Source: Nitrospirota bacterium
GTDB lineage: Bacteria; Nitrospirota; JACRHJ01
Direction: 5' to 3'
NCBI GenBank assembly: GCA_963845245.1
Contig: CAWJRJ010000011.1
Location: 96,001-160,000 of the forward strand
DNA length: 64,000 nucleotides
Every line of letters begins with the position of its first letter. Within the stretch, counting starts at the first letter, position 1. The position numbers were made by a program, and so were the translations under genes. Positions 1-11,137 of the stretch are shown piece after piece. The notes beneath the pieces were generated by a model that was not told the DNA's origin, ran no database searches, and worked only from the letters and a program-made list of their open reading frames with translations.

Positions 1-279
1 GCTGCGGTTTGTCTTGACCGCCTCTGCCAGGAGGTTGCGGGCTTTAAACAGTACGCCTTCGTTCTCGGCCAGCCGGGCCAGCAGCTGTTCCGAAGCATGA
101 CCCGGGCTCAATTTGTGCGAACCGGCCAATTCCTTGCCATGCTGCTCCATCTGATAGGCGCTGAGCAACTCCGACCGAAGCGGCGGCTCGTCGCCGATGC
201 ACTTTTGCGCTACGTCGTAACCGCTGAAGCTCGCCCTTAAATTGAGCAGGTACTTGAGAATAGTACTATTCTCCTTCAC
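1..279 (-). CDS. N-terminus (partial, runs off window) of cyclic beta-1,2-glucan synthase (NdvB/Cgs-like)
   Basis: Manual translation from GTG at 279: MKENSTILKY...DEPPLRSELLSAYQMEQHGKELAGSHKLSPGHASEQLLARLAENEGVL..., resembling the N-terminus of NdvB-type proteins. Not in the ORF track because it is truncated. Confidence 0.7.
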   Translation of the reverse strand, partial: MKENSTILKYLLNLRASFSGYDVAQKCIGDEPPLRSELLSAYQMEQHGKELAGSHKLSPGHASEQLLARLAENEGVLFKARNLLAEAVKTNRS

Positions 280-686
280 GATTCATTCCGATCTTTTGTA
301 ATAGGAGCCTCGCCCTGAAATGTATTTGCGTTTACAACCGGTCTTGGGTAGCTATATCTCCGGCGTGGAGAACAATAAGAAGTATATCAGATGTACTTCG
401 GTGAGGCCTTGCGCAGGGGAGGAGCTCGGTAGGTATCTCTTGTATGAGACACTATAGCCTCTTATTCATAGTAAGTCAATGTAAAACGGCTTTAACTATT
501 TGAAATAACGGGATTTTGAATGTCGTGTGTTCTTTGTGAATTCTCTACCTGCACCTGTACTGTCGGGTTCGGTCATGTTTTACATGCTTTATGGGTGAGT
601 TTATTTCGCTATGAATTAATGGTATGAACCGCAAGCCCTTGAGTCATTTGATGTGCTGAGGGGTAGGTTTAGGGAAGGTCCGGGAG

Positions 687-1322
687 TTATTTAAGAGCGG
701 GAAACAGATGGACCAGCCCTCCGGCAATGAACTCTACGGAGATGGCCGCCAGCAGCAGTCCCATAAGTCGCGTTGCGATATTGATTGCGGTTTTGCTCAT
801 TATTTTGCTGAGAGGGTCGGCGACAAGCAGCGCAACCCACGTCAATAATGCTACCAATAAGGTGATAAAAATAATCAAGCCGATATGCAGCGGCTGAAAC
901 GATGCATGCGAATAGATTATCACCGTTGATATTGCACCCGGCCCGGCCAGAAGCGGCATGGCAATCGGTACAACGGCGATACTCTTCTTATCTTCGGCTT
1001 CCGTGGCCTCTTCTGGCGTCTGCCTGCCCTGAGTATTTTTGGCCTGCATCATGGAGATTGCCATCAGCATTAATAGGATACCGCCACCAACCTTGAACGA
1101 ATCGATGCTGATACCAAAAAAACTCAGTAGTATCGTACCCATAAGGGTAGCTGCAATTAAAATCAGGGCGACTGCTACGCTTGTTGTCTTCGCTATATTA
1201 CTGCGTTCCTGTGCTGACATATTATTGGTAAGGCTGACAAAGACAGGAATCACTCCGATAGGGTTTACTATCGACAGGAGTGCTGTAAATATTTTTATAT
1301 ACACTGTCCAATCGAGCATCAC
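687..1322 (-). CDS. MarC family integral membrane protein
   Basis: NPIG, F.V.GG.LL, AVVPIAMPLLAGPGAI and RLMGLLL motifs; about 6 hydrophobic segments. Confidence 0.93.
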   Translation of the reverse strand: MMLDWTVYIKIFTALLSIVNPIGVIPVFVSLTNNMSAQERSNIAKTTSVAVALILIAATLMGTILLSFFGISIDSFKVGGGILLMLMAISMMQAKNTQGRQTPEEATEAEDKKSIAVVPIAMPLLAGPGAISTVIIYSHASFQPLHIGLIIFITLLVALLTWVALLVADPLSKIMSKTAINIATRLMGLLLAAISVEFIAGGLVHLFPALK

Positions 1323-1442
1323 TTGTATCGTCCTTCAGCCCTCACCGTCCGACCAGATTGCAACCGTTGTACTAGTTCCAATTGTATCACACCTTATTAT
1401 TTTATTGCCCCGGCAACTTGACATGCGAATACCCTTGACAAG

Positions 1443-1591
1443 AAAAGGGGTTACGCTGTAAAGCGCAACCCCTTGATTTTTTTTGGCTCCTCCGCGTGGA
1501 CGATATTAGAACTTTATTGCTTGACCCGACAGGGGAGATATTGAGTACGTTTGCAGCCGCAAAAGGCTTTGAGGACGCCGGATTAACTTAA
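1443..1591 (+). repeat. Junction J1: hairpin + copy of tRNA-Asn 3' end (TGGCTCC on +) + conserved arm (att-like)
   Basis: 1443-1490 is nearly identical to 5137-5182 (tRNA 3' end plus downstream hairpin); 1498-1560 is nearly identical to 4334-4396. Confidence 0.85.
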
Positions 1592-1760
1592 GCGGCTACT
1601 CCAGAACACGTATTTTAACTCCCGCAAAGAGATAAGAAGGCAGGAGTAAAAGCAGGGCCGATACAGGAGGACAGAACTACACTTCTGTGATAATATAAAT
1701 AAATAATCCCCATTACTCTCAAACAATTTAAATAACTTTTATCGCGGCGGCTATTCTTGA

Positions 1761-3986
<2,226 letters not shown>

Positions 3987-4065
3987 TCTTGTGAGTTGGC
4001 AATTAAAGTTGACCCGCGATTGGAGCCCAAACTGCATCACTTTCTGGCGTGCTATTAAAGACAAA

Positions 4066-4110
4066 GACTTACGGTAACACCCGTAAGCCCTTGATTTTTG
4101 GTAGAAGGTG
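4066..4110 (+). repeat. Degenerate junction-like element: hairpin CTTACGG-6nt-CCGTAAG followed by CCCTTGATTTTTGG
   Basis: Same hairpin + CCCTTGATTTTTGG layout as at 1443-1486 and 5137-5178, but the sequence after TGG differs. Confidence 0.5.
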
Positions 4111-4283
4111 AGCCATTTTGGGCACCGACTCACACTATTGGCTATACAATGCCCGCCTAAAAAGTCAAGGGCAGAGCGGACTCGAACAATGTAACATGCT
4201 GTAATTATTAGACAAAATGTGTTTTGTTGGTATAGGGATGGTATCGGGCAGTTATTATCTAACTCAGAATTACCAAATAAAAT

Positions 4284-4436
4284 GGCCACTTACATCGCTG
4301 TAAGCGGCCTTTGGTCTTTTGGCTCCCCAGCGCGGACGTTATTAGAACTTTATTGCTTGACCCAACCGGGGAGATATTGAGTACGTTTGCAGCCGCGAGA
4401 GACTTTCAGGCCAACAGGCTTACCCGCAAAACATAA
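4284..4436 (+). repeat. Junction J2: hairpin + tRNA-Asn 3'-end copy (TGGCTCCCC) + conserved arm (att-like)
   Basis: GGCCACTTACA-TCGC-TGTAAGCGGCC hairpin, then TTTTGGCTCCCC matching the tRNA 3' end, then an arm matching J1. Confidence 0.85.
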
Positions 4437-4588
4437 CTCGTCTGAAAAACATGCGGCTGAAGCGCTTCCCCTGCTTTTTTCTTGACTTGAAGTTCTGCGT
4501 ATGAGAAAAGTACGGTCGACGAAGTTGTTGCTCTTTTAATGGGGCTGTTTGTCTCTGATAATACTCTCTCACGCTGAGGGAAAGTTTT

Positions 4589-5095
4589 GTGAAAAAAGCG
4601 GTTATCATGATCATGACGCTGGCGCTGGCCTTCGGGCTAGTGGCTACAGGCTGCAAGGACAAATTCAAGAAAGACTTCAAGACGCTCCTTGAGGAGGGCC
4701 GTATCGCGTACAAGGCTGGAAACTATCCGAAGGCCCTTGATGCATACGTTACCGCGGCAGAGATCAGCCCGATGGACCCCAGACCACAGTTTTACCAGGG
4801 CAATGTGCTGTACACCATGGGTGAGGTCAACGAGTCTGTACAGGCATTTGACAAGGCCATCGCCTTGGCCCCGACAATCGCCCAACCATACTTTAACAGG
4901 GGCATAGCGCTCGCCCGCCTGAAACGCTACGACGAATCGGTAGAGTCGTTCAACAAGGCGATCGAGCTCAGCCCCAACCAAGTCAAGGCTATATATAACA
5001 AGGCGCTAAGACTGGACAAGAAGGGCAAGAAGGACGAGGCGCGGGCCGCGTTCGACGAGGCGGCAAACCTTGACCCCCAGTACAAGAATAAGTAG
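4589..5095 (+). CDS. TPR-repeat lipoprotein
   Basis: Signal peptide with lipobox ATG-C; about 4 TPR repeats (A...P, YFNRG.AL). Confidence 0.85.
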   Translation: MKKAVIMIMTLALAFGLVATGCKDKFKKDFKTLLEEGRIAYKAGNYPKALDAYVTAAEISPMDPRPQFYQGNVLYTMGEVNESVQAFDKAIALAPTIAQPYFNRGIALARLKRYDESVESFNKAIELSPNQVKAIYNKALRLDKKGKKDEARAAFDEAANLDPQYKNK

Positions 5096-5136
5096 TTAAG
5101 CGCACAAGATAGGTTAGCCGAGGGATTATTTAAAAC

Positions 5137-5175
5137 AAAAGGGGTTACGCTGAAAAGCGAAACCCCTTGATTTTT
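5137..5175 (-). terminator. Hairpin terminator downstream of tRNA-Asn (probably bidirectional)
   Basis: AAAAGGGGTTACGC-TGAAAA-GCGAAACCCCTT stem with A/T runs on both sides. Confidence 0.7.
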
Positions 5176-5251
5176 TGGCTCCCCGGGCCGGACTCGAACC
5201 AGCGACAAGGTGGTTAACAGCCACCTGCTCTACCAACTGAGCTACCGGGGA
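5176..5251 (-). tRNA. tRNA-Asn (GTT)
   Basis: Reverse complement TCCCCGGTAGCTCAGTTGGTAGAGCAGGTGGCTGTTAACCACCTTGTCGCTGGTTCGAGTCCGGCCCGGGGAGCCA: 76 nt cloverleaf, anticodon GTT, encoded CCA. Confidence 0.98.
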
Positions 5252-5479
5252 TCGGTAGTAACTGACATAAGCCGTGGCGGCGGTAATCGCCCCGACAGAC
5301 CGTTACTTTTACCACAGGCTAAACCCTCTTGTCAAGCCTCTTTTCCTTTAAACAGGTTCGCAACCCCCACTCAGCCTATATAGATATAAATTTAGATTAT
5401 CACCTGTCATTTATGATATATTTGTAAAGAGGTTGAAGGAATCCATAACACCTGATATTTCTTAAAAAAAACCCTTTAC

Positions 5480-6442
5480 ATGGGAGGGGATATCTTGGGT
5501 CCTATCACCAGGCCTCAGCGCTACCTTATCCTCGCAGCCATACTGGCAATCGTCGCGTCCGCCTTGTGGTATGTTCTGTTCAGTAGTCAGGGCGTTAAGG
5601 TCGAGTTCGAAAAAACATCGCCCGCCCCCCCGGCAGCGGAGGACAAAAGGCCGGTCCTGAGAGTGGCGGTCGCGGCAATGATATCCCCTGAGGCCACAAG
5701 GGACAACTACAACGAATTACTTCACATAATCGGCGACAAGGTAGGCCGCCGGGTCATCTTTCTCCAGCGCAGGACCTATGCCGAGGTCAATGCCCTTATC
5801 GAAAAAAAGGAGGTCGACCTCGCCTTTGTGTGTTCCGGCCCATATGTTGCCGGAAAAGACCGCTTTGGCCTGGAAATCCTGGCCGTACCTGTAAGCCACG
5901 GCAGGTCCGTCTATTATTCCTACATCATAGTCAACAAAGACAGCACGGCTGGCTCATTAAGCGACATGCGCGGGAAGACATTCGCCTTCACCGACCCGGA
6001 CTCAAACACCGGCTACCTGGTGCCTACATACATGCTCGCACAGCAAGGCGAGACTCCTGGTTCTTTCTTCAAACATACTCTCTTCACCAACAGTCACGAC
6101 AACTCCATAAAAGCAGTGGCCGATGGCCAGGTGGACTCCGCTTCGGTGGACTCGCTGATATATGACTTCCTGTATACTGCCGGCGACCCCAACGCCGCCC
6201 GCACCCGCATATTAACCAAGTCTTCCCCTTACGGCATACCGCCCGTAGTGGTACACCCGGCCCTTAATAATAATTTGAAGCTCCAGCTTAAGGCGGCCCT
6301 TTTGTCCCTGCATCAAGACCCCGAGGCCAGGAAGCTGCTCGACAAGCTGCAGATTGACCGCTTTCAGGAGGGCGACCCCGGCATGTACGATTCTGTCCGT
6401 GAGATGAACCGTTGGCTCGCGAAGAGAAGGACCAAAGAATGA
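5480..6442 (+). CDS. PhnD/phosphonate-type periplasmic substrate-binding protein
   Basis: N-terminal TM; YYSYIIV, FAFTDPDSNTGYL, SHDNSIKAVADGQVD motifs. Confidence 0.88.
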   Translation: MGGDILGPITRPQRYLILAAILAIVASALWYVLFSSQGVKVEFEKTSPAPPAAEDKRPVLRVAVAAMISPEATRDNYNELLHIIGDKVGRRVIFLQRRTYAEVNALIEKKEVDLAFVCSGPYVAGKDRFGLEILAVPVSHGRSVYYSYIIVNKDSTAGSLSDMRGKTFAFTDPDSNTGYLVPTYMLAQQGETPGSFFKHTLFTNSHDNSIKAVADGQVDSASVDSLIYDFLYTAGDPNAARTRILTKSSPYGIPPVVVHPALNNNLKLQLKAALLSLHQDPEARKLLDKLQIDRFQEGDPGMYDSVREMNRWLAKRRTKE

Positions 6443-7833
6443 ACCTCCGAAAAATCATATTGGTCCGCACGGTCGTCCTTCTTGCGGCACTTATCTTCCT
6501 GTGCAACATAGCCATGGTGATATTTTTGATCAGGCAGAACAGGGCGGCATGGAAAAGGCTGGGCGGAGACGAGGCCGTCTTCATTGCCAGCCAGTCCGAG
6601 AGGCTGCTGCTCTGGGACGACCAGGTGGCGGTGCACGACCTTATCATGAACCGCAAAAGGCTGAACGGCCATATAGACAACATGTTCATAGAGATGGGCG
6701 GCGCACCCTACGCCCACACGTTCCCCACCGGTGTGCCGACAGGCCTGATCGGTTTTCACGGCCCGCTTCCCGATGGCTATGCCGTTCGCGAAGTGCGAGA
6801 CGGGCAAGGACGCGTATTCTACGACATCTCCTCGCAGGTGCGCGGGATGGACGCCGTGGTACATCTCCTCCTTTCCCGTAACACTGTGGACAACAAGGCA
6901 CTAGGCCTGGTTGTGAGCATTTCAGTAATTTGCCTGACCGGCTGGCTGTTGAGCATACTCCCGGCAATGCATTCCGCGGGCGCCATAACGCAAGAAGCAG
7001 ATAAAGCCACTCGGGACCTCCAAAACCTGAACGAGCAGCTTGAGACCAGGATACTGGAACGCACAGCAGAGCTTTCGACTACCAACGAAAAACTTAAAAC
7101 TGAGATCGCGGAAAAGAAAAGGTTAGAAAAGGAAAAGGATGATTTTTATGCGATGGTCACGCACGACTTGAAGTCACCCATCGCCGTGATAGCAGGCTAT
7201 GCGGACCTGATCCGTGAAATGAACGCAGGCCTCAACAGTGAAGCCCTCGAAATGCTGGGCCATATAAGGCAGAGTTCAAAAAAATTGTCTAATATCGTGG
7301 ATGAATTCCTGACTATATCACGCCTGGAACGCGGCACCATGACGTTGAACATCTCCATAAACGACATAAACGGCCTGGTGCGTGAGGTGTTGGAGGATTG
7401 CACTCCCATGTGCAAGGAAAAGGATATCGTGGTAACGGCGGAACTGGAAGATGACCTTCCAAAGGCCTTGATGGACAAGTTCTACGTGCAACGGGCGGTG
7501 GCGAACCTTGTCCAAAATGCTATCAAGTTCACGCCTGAGGGAGGCAGGGTATCCGTCTGCGTGCGGCGTGCCGGCGAAAATGATAACTACGTCACGGTTA
7601 GCGTGTCAGATACGGGCATCGGGATACCGGCTGATGAGCAGGACAAGGTCTTTGACAAGTATTACCGCTCACCGTCTGCCGCCGGTACCAAGGGCAGCGG
7701 GCTCGGGCTTGCGATTGTAAAGGCGGTGGCCACGGCGCATAGCGGTTCGGTCGAACTCCAAAGCGAGGTGGGCAAGGGCAGCACCTTCAGCCTCAAACTG
7801 CCCCTCACGCCCGATGCCATCCTGGCGACTTGA
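6439..7833 (+). CDS. Membrane sensor histidine kinase
   Basis: Two TM segments; H-box THDLKSP, N-box NLVQNAIKF, DTGIG and GSGLGL boxes; ATGA overlap with the upstream gene. Confidence 0.93.
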   Translation: MNLRKIILVRTVVLLAALIFLCNIAMVIFLIRQNRAAWKRLGGDEAVFIASQSERLLLWDDQVAVHDLIMNRKRLNGHIDNMFIEMGGAPYAHTFPTGVPTGLIGFHGPLPDGYAVREVRDGQGRVFYDISSQVRGMDAVVHLLLSRNTVDNKALGLVVSISVICLTGWLLSILPAMHSAGAITQEADKATRDLQNLNEQLETRILERTAELSTTNEKLKTEIAEKKRLEKEKDDFYAMVTHDLKSPIAVIAGYADLIREMNAGLNSEALEMLGHIRQSSKKLSNIVDEFLTISRLERGTMTLNISINDINGLVREVLEDCTPMCKEKDIVVTAELEDDLPKALMDKFYVQRAVANLVQNAIKFTPEGGRVSVCVRRAGENDNYVTVSVSDTGIGIPADEQDKVFDKYYRSPSAAGTKGSGLGLAIVKAVATAHSGSVELQSEVGKGSTFSLKLPLTPDAILAT

Positions 7834-7849
7834 TCCTTTCCTGAGAATG

Positions 7850-7878
7850 AAAAAGGCAGGCCCAATGGCCTGCCTTTT
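7850..7878. terminator. Bidirectional intrinsic terminator
   Basis: AAAAGGCAGGCC-CAAT-GGCCTGCCTTTT between convergent genes. Confidence 0.8.
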
Positions 7879-7906
7879 ATTATTTACTTTTATTGAAACT
7901 TGCAGC

Positions 7907-9451
7907 TTAGCCGCGCGGCGGGCGGGTGGTGTAACCGCCTCTCTCTGGCCTTGCCGCGTTGCGGTTGTCGAACCCGCCGCCTGGCCTGCCAGCAGGCCTG
8001 CCTGCGGGCCTACCCTCTGGGCGGGGACCGCTGAAGCTTTTTTCATACGGCCTGCCCTCGGGCCTTGCGCCGTAAGGCTTCCTGCTGTCGGTGCGCACTG
8101 CGTTGCCGGTCCGTTCAGACTGGCCGGGGCCGTTTCCGCCGCCCCTGACTGCCGGGCGTGGTGCGCTGAAGTCTCTGCCTTCCGGCCTCGGGCTGTTGTA
8201 GCTCCTGCCTTCCGGGCGCGGCCTGTTGTACCCGCCGCCGCTCCTGTCAAAAGACCTGCCCTCGGGCCTGCGGCCGTCCCTTGACGGGGCAGAAGGCCTG
8301 GGCCTGCTGGATGCGAACACCGGCTCGAGGCCCGGCACGGTGTGGACCGGAAGCATCTTGCCCGTGTAGCGCTCTATCATCTTTATCTGCTTGAACTCGC
8401 CATCGGTGGCAAAGGATACCGCTATGCCGGTCTCGCCTGCGCGGCCCGTGCGGCCAATACGGTGCACGTAGTCCTCTGCGGCCTTCGGCAGGTCGTAGTT
8501 TATCACATGGCTGATGCCGGTGACATCAAGACCGCGCGCCGCGACGTCTGTCGCAACGAGGAGCCTGACGCTGCCGCTCCTGAGGCTGCTTATCGTGCGG
8601 TTACGCGCCCTCTGGTCCATATCCCCGTGGAGTGCCGCGGCGGAGTAGCCCAGGGACTTGAGTCTGGTGGCCAGCTTGTCGGCGTTCCTCTTGGTGGCCG
8701 AGAATATTATTGCCTTGGTCACCTCGGATGCGCCTGCGAAGTGCTGAAGGAGGCGGTCCTTGTGCTCGGCGCCGTCCGTCATGTGGAGCCTCTGCTCAAT
8801 CGCATTCTGTTCCACTTTCGTCGGGGTTATCTCTATGCGCTCCGGGTCGTTAAGGAGCGACTTGGCTATCTTTATTATCTCAAAGTCGAGCGTCGCAGTG
8901 AAAAGCAGCGTCTGCCTTCCGGACGGGGTCATGGACCCTATCCTCTTGACGTCGTCGATGAAGCCCATGTCCAGCATGCGGTCTGCCTCGTCAAGGACGA
9001 GCATCTTCAAGGACTTGAGGTTTATGTTGCCGCGCTCGAGGTGGTCAAGCAACCTGCCGGGGGTGGCGACTACTATGTCGCATTGGGCAAGCTGCCTGAA
9101 CTGCTCGCGGTACGGCATCCCACCCAGTATGCAGGCGGTGCGCACGCTCATGTACTTGCCATAGGTGCGGGCGGCCATATATATCTGGTCGGCCAGCTCG
9201 CGGGTGGGCGTCAGCACAAGTATGCGCGGCGTTGCCGGGGTCCTGGGGCGCTCGGTCTCGCTTAGGAGCTGGAGGGCCGGGAGCACGAAGGCCGCGGTCT
9301 TGCCCGTGCCGGTCTGGGCGGAGGCCATGACGTCGCGGCCAGCCATGACCAGCGGCATCGCCTGATCCTGAACCGGTGTCGGCGTGGAATATCCGCATTC
9401 GTTAATAGCCTTAAGTATCGGATTTGCAAAGCCAAATTCACTGAAATTCAT
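7907..9451 (-). CDS. DEAD-box RNA helicase (RhlE-like) with a repetitive RPEGR C-terminal tail
   Basis: Q motif, AQTGTGKT, PTRELA, TPGRL, DEAD, HRIGRTGRAG; start set at MNFSEFG (9451). Confidence 0.96.
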   Translation of the reverse strand: MNFSEFGFANPILKAINECGYSTPTPVQDQAMPLVMAGRDVMASAQTGTGKTAAFVLPALQLLSETERPRTPATPRILVLTPTRELADQIYMAARTYGKYMSVRTACILGGMPYREQFRQLAQCDIVVATPGRLLDHLERGNINLKSLKMLVLDEADRMLDMGFIDDVKRIGSMTPSGRQTLLFTATLDFEIIKIAKSLLNDPERIEITPTKVEQNAIEQRLHMTDGAEHKDRLLQHFAGASEVTKAIIFSATKRNADKLATRLKSLGYSAAALHGDMDQRARNRTISSLRSGSVRLLVATDVAARGLDVTGISHVINYDLPKAAEDYVHRIGRTGRAGETGIAVSFATDGEFKQIKMIERYTGKMLPVHTVPGLEPVFASSRPRPSAPSRDGRRPEGRSFDRSGGGYNRPRPEGRSYNSPRPEGRDFSAPRPAVRGGGNGPGQSERTGNAVRTDSRKPYGARPEGRPYEKSFSGPRPEGRPAGRPAGRPGGGFDNRNAARPERGGYTTRPPRG

Positions 9452-9649
9452 TAATTTACCTTTCGAAACAATATAAAACACAGTACCGCACAAGGCAACG
9501 ACTGCCCATACCGGGATAAGACGCACCGGGCGGCGTTTTTCATTTGCCGCTAACCTATGCGGTCTGCTATGTATCAGTGTGTTGGTGCTGAAAAGCAGGA
9601 GGGGTCAGAGACAAGTGTATTTAGCGGGTTGGTCCGCTGAGTTCTGCAA

Positions 9650-9677
9650 ATTATACACCAAAAAGGGCAAAAAGCAA
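9650..9677 (-). promoter_or_regulatory. Putative sigma70 promoter of the helicase
   Basis: TTGCTT-16nt-TATAAT on the minus strand, about 200 nt upstream of the ATG. Confidence 0.5.
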
Positions 9678-9708
9678 GAATAATTATTAAAATTCCTAAA
9701 AAACCTTT

Positions 9709-10068
9709 TTATTCATCTCTATGCACAGCATCCGGCGAGAACGCTGGCAGGCATACCGCCATGTATTCCGCGCCTTCGGGGGTGCTATATCGCACCCATT
9801 CACTCTTCGGGGCAATGACCGCCTCACCCGCTTTAATGTCTACCGAGCCGTCTTTGGTAGTCACGCGAAGGAAGCCCGACAGCACCACGGTATACTCGTC
9901 AAACTGAGGCGTCTGGCCCGGCTCTTCCCAGCCAGCAGGGCTTTTCATCCGCGCGATGCTCACGGCGTCCGTGCCGGAGTTGACCCGCCCGATAAATTCC
10001 TCTATTACCTTAGGCTTGTTGCCTGCGGCCTGGATAACTGTGGGGGTTTTGATGTGTATCAATTTCAA
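9709..10068 (-). CDS. Cupin domain protein
   Basis: GWEEPGQTPQFDEYTVVLSG...AGEAVIAP cupin motifs. Confidence 0.85.
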   Translation of the reverse strand: MKLIHIKTPTVIQAAGNKPKVIEEFIGRVNSGTDAVSIARMKSPAGWEEPGQTPQFDEYTVVLSGFLRVTTKDGSVDIKAGEAVIAPKSEWVRYSTPEGAEYMAVCLPAFSPDAVHRDE

Positions 10069-10071
10069 CCT

Positions 10072-10602
10072 CTAAAAATATAAACGGTAATGGAAATAAT
10101 CCATCATCTGCTTCAACAACCACATCATCAGAAATATAATTGATATAAAAGCTGCTGACCAAATAATAATCGGAACAAGGTCTTCCTTTGGGAAACCTTT
10201 CTTCCACCCTTTTCCAGGAACCGATATGTCAATAAATATAGCTTCAAAAAACATCCTTATTTTATCCATGATGGAATATTTTTCAAACTTGGTGTGCGTG
10301 ATTTCAATAAAATCAATTATTAGCCCTCTTGCCTGAGCTTCATAGCTTTTTTCAACGAAGATAGTTTTCTGGTTTAACAATTCAATTATAAACCCGACCC
10401 TCAAAGAGCCGAAGTGGTCGTTATGGACGAAATACGGTATATCTTCGCCTTCTAGAATGCCTTTGAGAAATGCCAGCTCGATTTCATTACCAGGGGAAAA
10501 TACTTTAACGAGTTTAACGTCATACATATCCCGGTCTTCGCCCTGAGGCTGTTTGATGCCTAATAAAGTTTCTTTTAGTCCCATAGCTTCCGAATATATC
10601 AT
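10072..10602 (-). CDS. DUF2007-like (putative signal-transducing) membrane protein
   Basis: ELAFLKGILEGEDIPYFV...IFVEK...AR.LI pattern with a C-terminal TM; AT-rich. Confidence 0.65.
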   Translation of the reverse strand: MIYSEAMGLKETLLGIKQPQGEDRDMYDVKLVKVFSPGNEIELAFLKGILEGEDIPYFVHNDHFGSLRVGFIIELLNQKTIFVEKSYEAQARGLIIDFIEITHTKFEKYSIMDKIRMFFEAIFIDISVPGKGWKKGFPKEDLVPIIIWSAAFISIIFLMMWLLKQMMDYFHYRLYF

Positions 10603-10684
10603 TTCTTAATACAAAAGGACACAGAAATGGCCATCCCCCTTTACAGAGGATGGCCTTGAATTCGTTCCAAACTTAACCCGCGTC

Positions 10685-11113
10685 TTAGTTGTGCCCGTGC
10701 TGGAGCACCTTGATCGAGACGTCTTCGGCCTTCACAATCTCGTCCTCGGTCAGGGCGTACCCCATTGCGTTCAGGTACTTTATGGCCTCCGCCCTCTCCT
10801 TGAATATGCTCCACTTCTTGCTTGAGAACATGGCGACCGTGTGGGCCATCATGCGCGGTATCGAGCCGGGGATGGCGCATACCACCTCCACGACCCGTTC
10901 CGAGATCTGCTTGTCAAGCTCCTTGAACGAGCCCGCATAGCCGGTGTTCGCCGTCTCCATGTTCGTGGCGTCGTGGTAGATGCATACCGGGCCATGGCTG
11001 GTGGCAAGCTTCTGGAGTATCTTGCTGCATATGGCCTTGCCGTTGTCTGCGTCGCCCTTCGGCGGGTGTTTCACTATCGCGAGTACGTCCTTAAGGTTCT
11101 TTTCGTCAACCAT
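10685..11113 (-). CDS. Hypothetical protein, STAS/SEC14 (SpoIIAA-like) fold candidate
   Basis: RBS GGAGG; IYHDAT and C-terminal IFKERAEAIKYL pattern. Confidence 0.55.
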   Translation of the reverse strand: MVDEKNLKDVLAIVKHPPKGDADNGKAICSKILQKLATSHGPVCIYHDATNMETANTGYAGSFKELDKQISERVVEVVCAIPGSIPRMMAHTVAMFSSKKWSIFKERAEAIKYLNAMGYALTEDEIVKAEDVSIKVLQHGHN

Positions 11114-11137
11114 ACCGGACCTCCTTTTGAATTCACA

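Noticed and set aside
1484..1510. Second tRNA gene at J1 (or at J2)
   Set aside because: Only the terminal 7-9 bases match the tRNA; no cloverleaf.
1685..1740. Fur/PerR-like box upstream of katG
   Set aside because: AT-rich, but no convincing inverted repeat could be defined by eye.
4169..4188. GCGGACTCGAAC resembling a reversed tRNA T-arm
   Set aside because: Too short and lacks an adjacent acceptor end; may be chance or a decayed att remnant.
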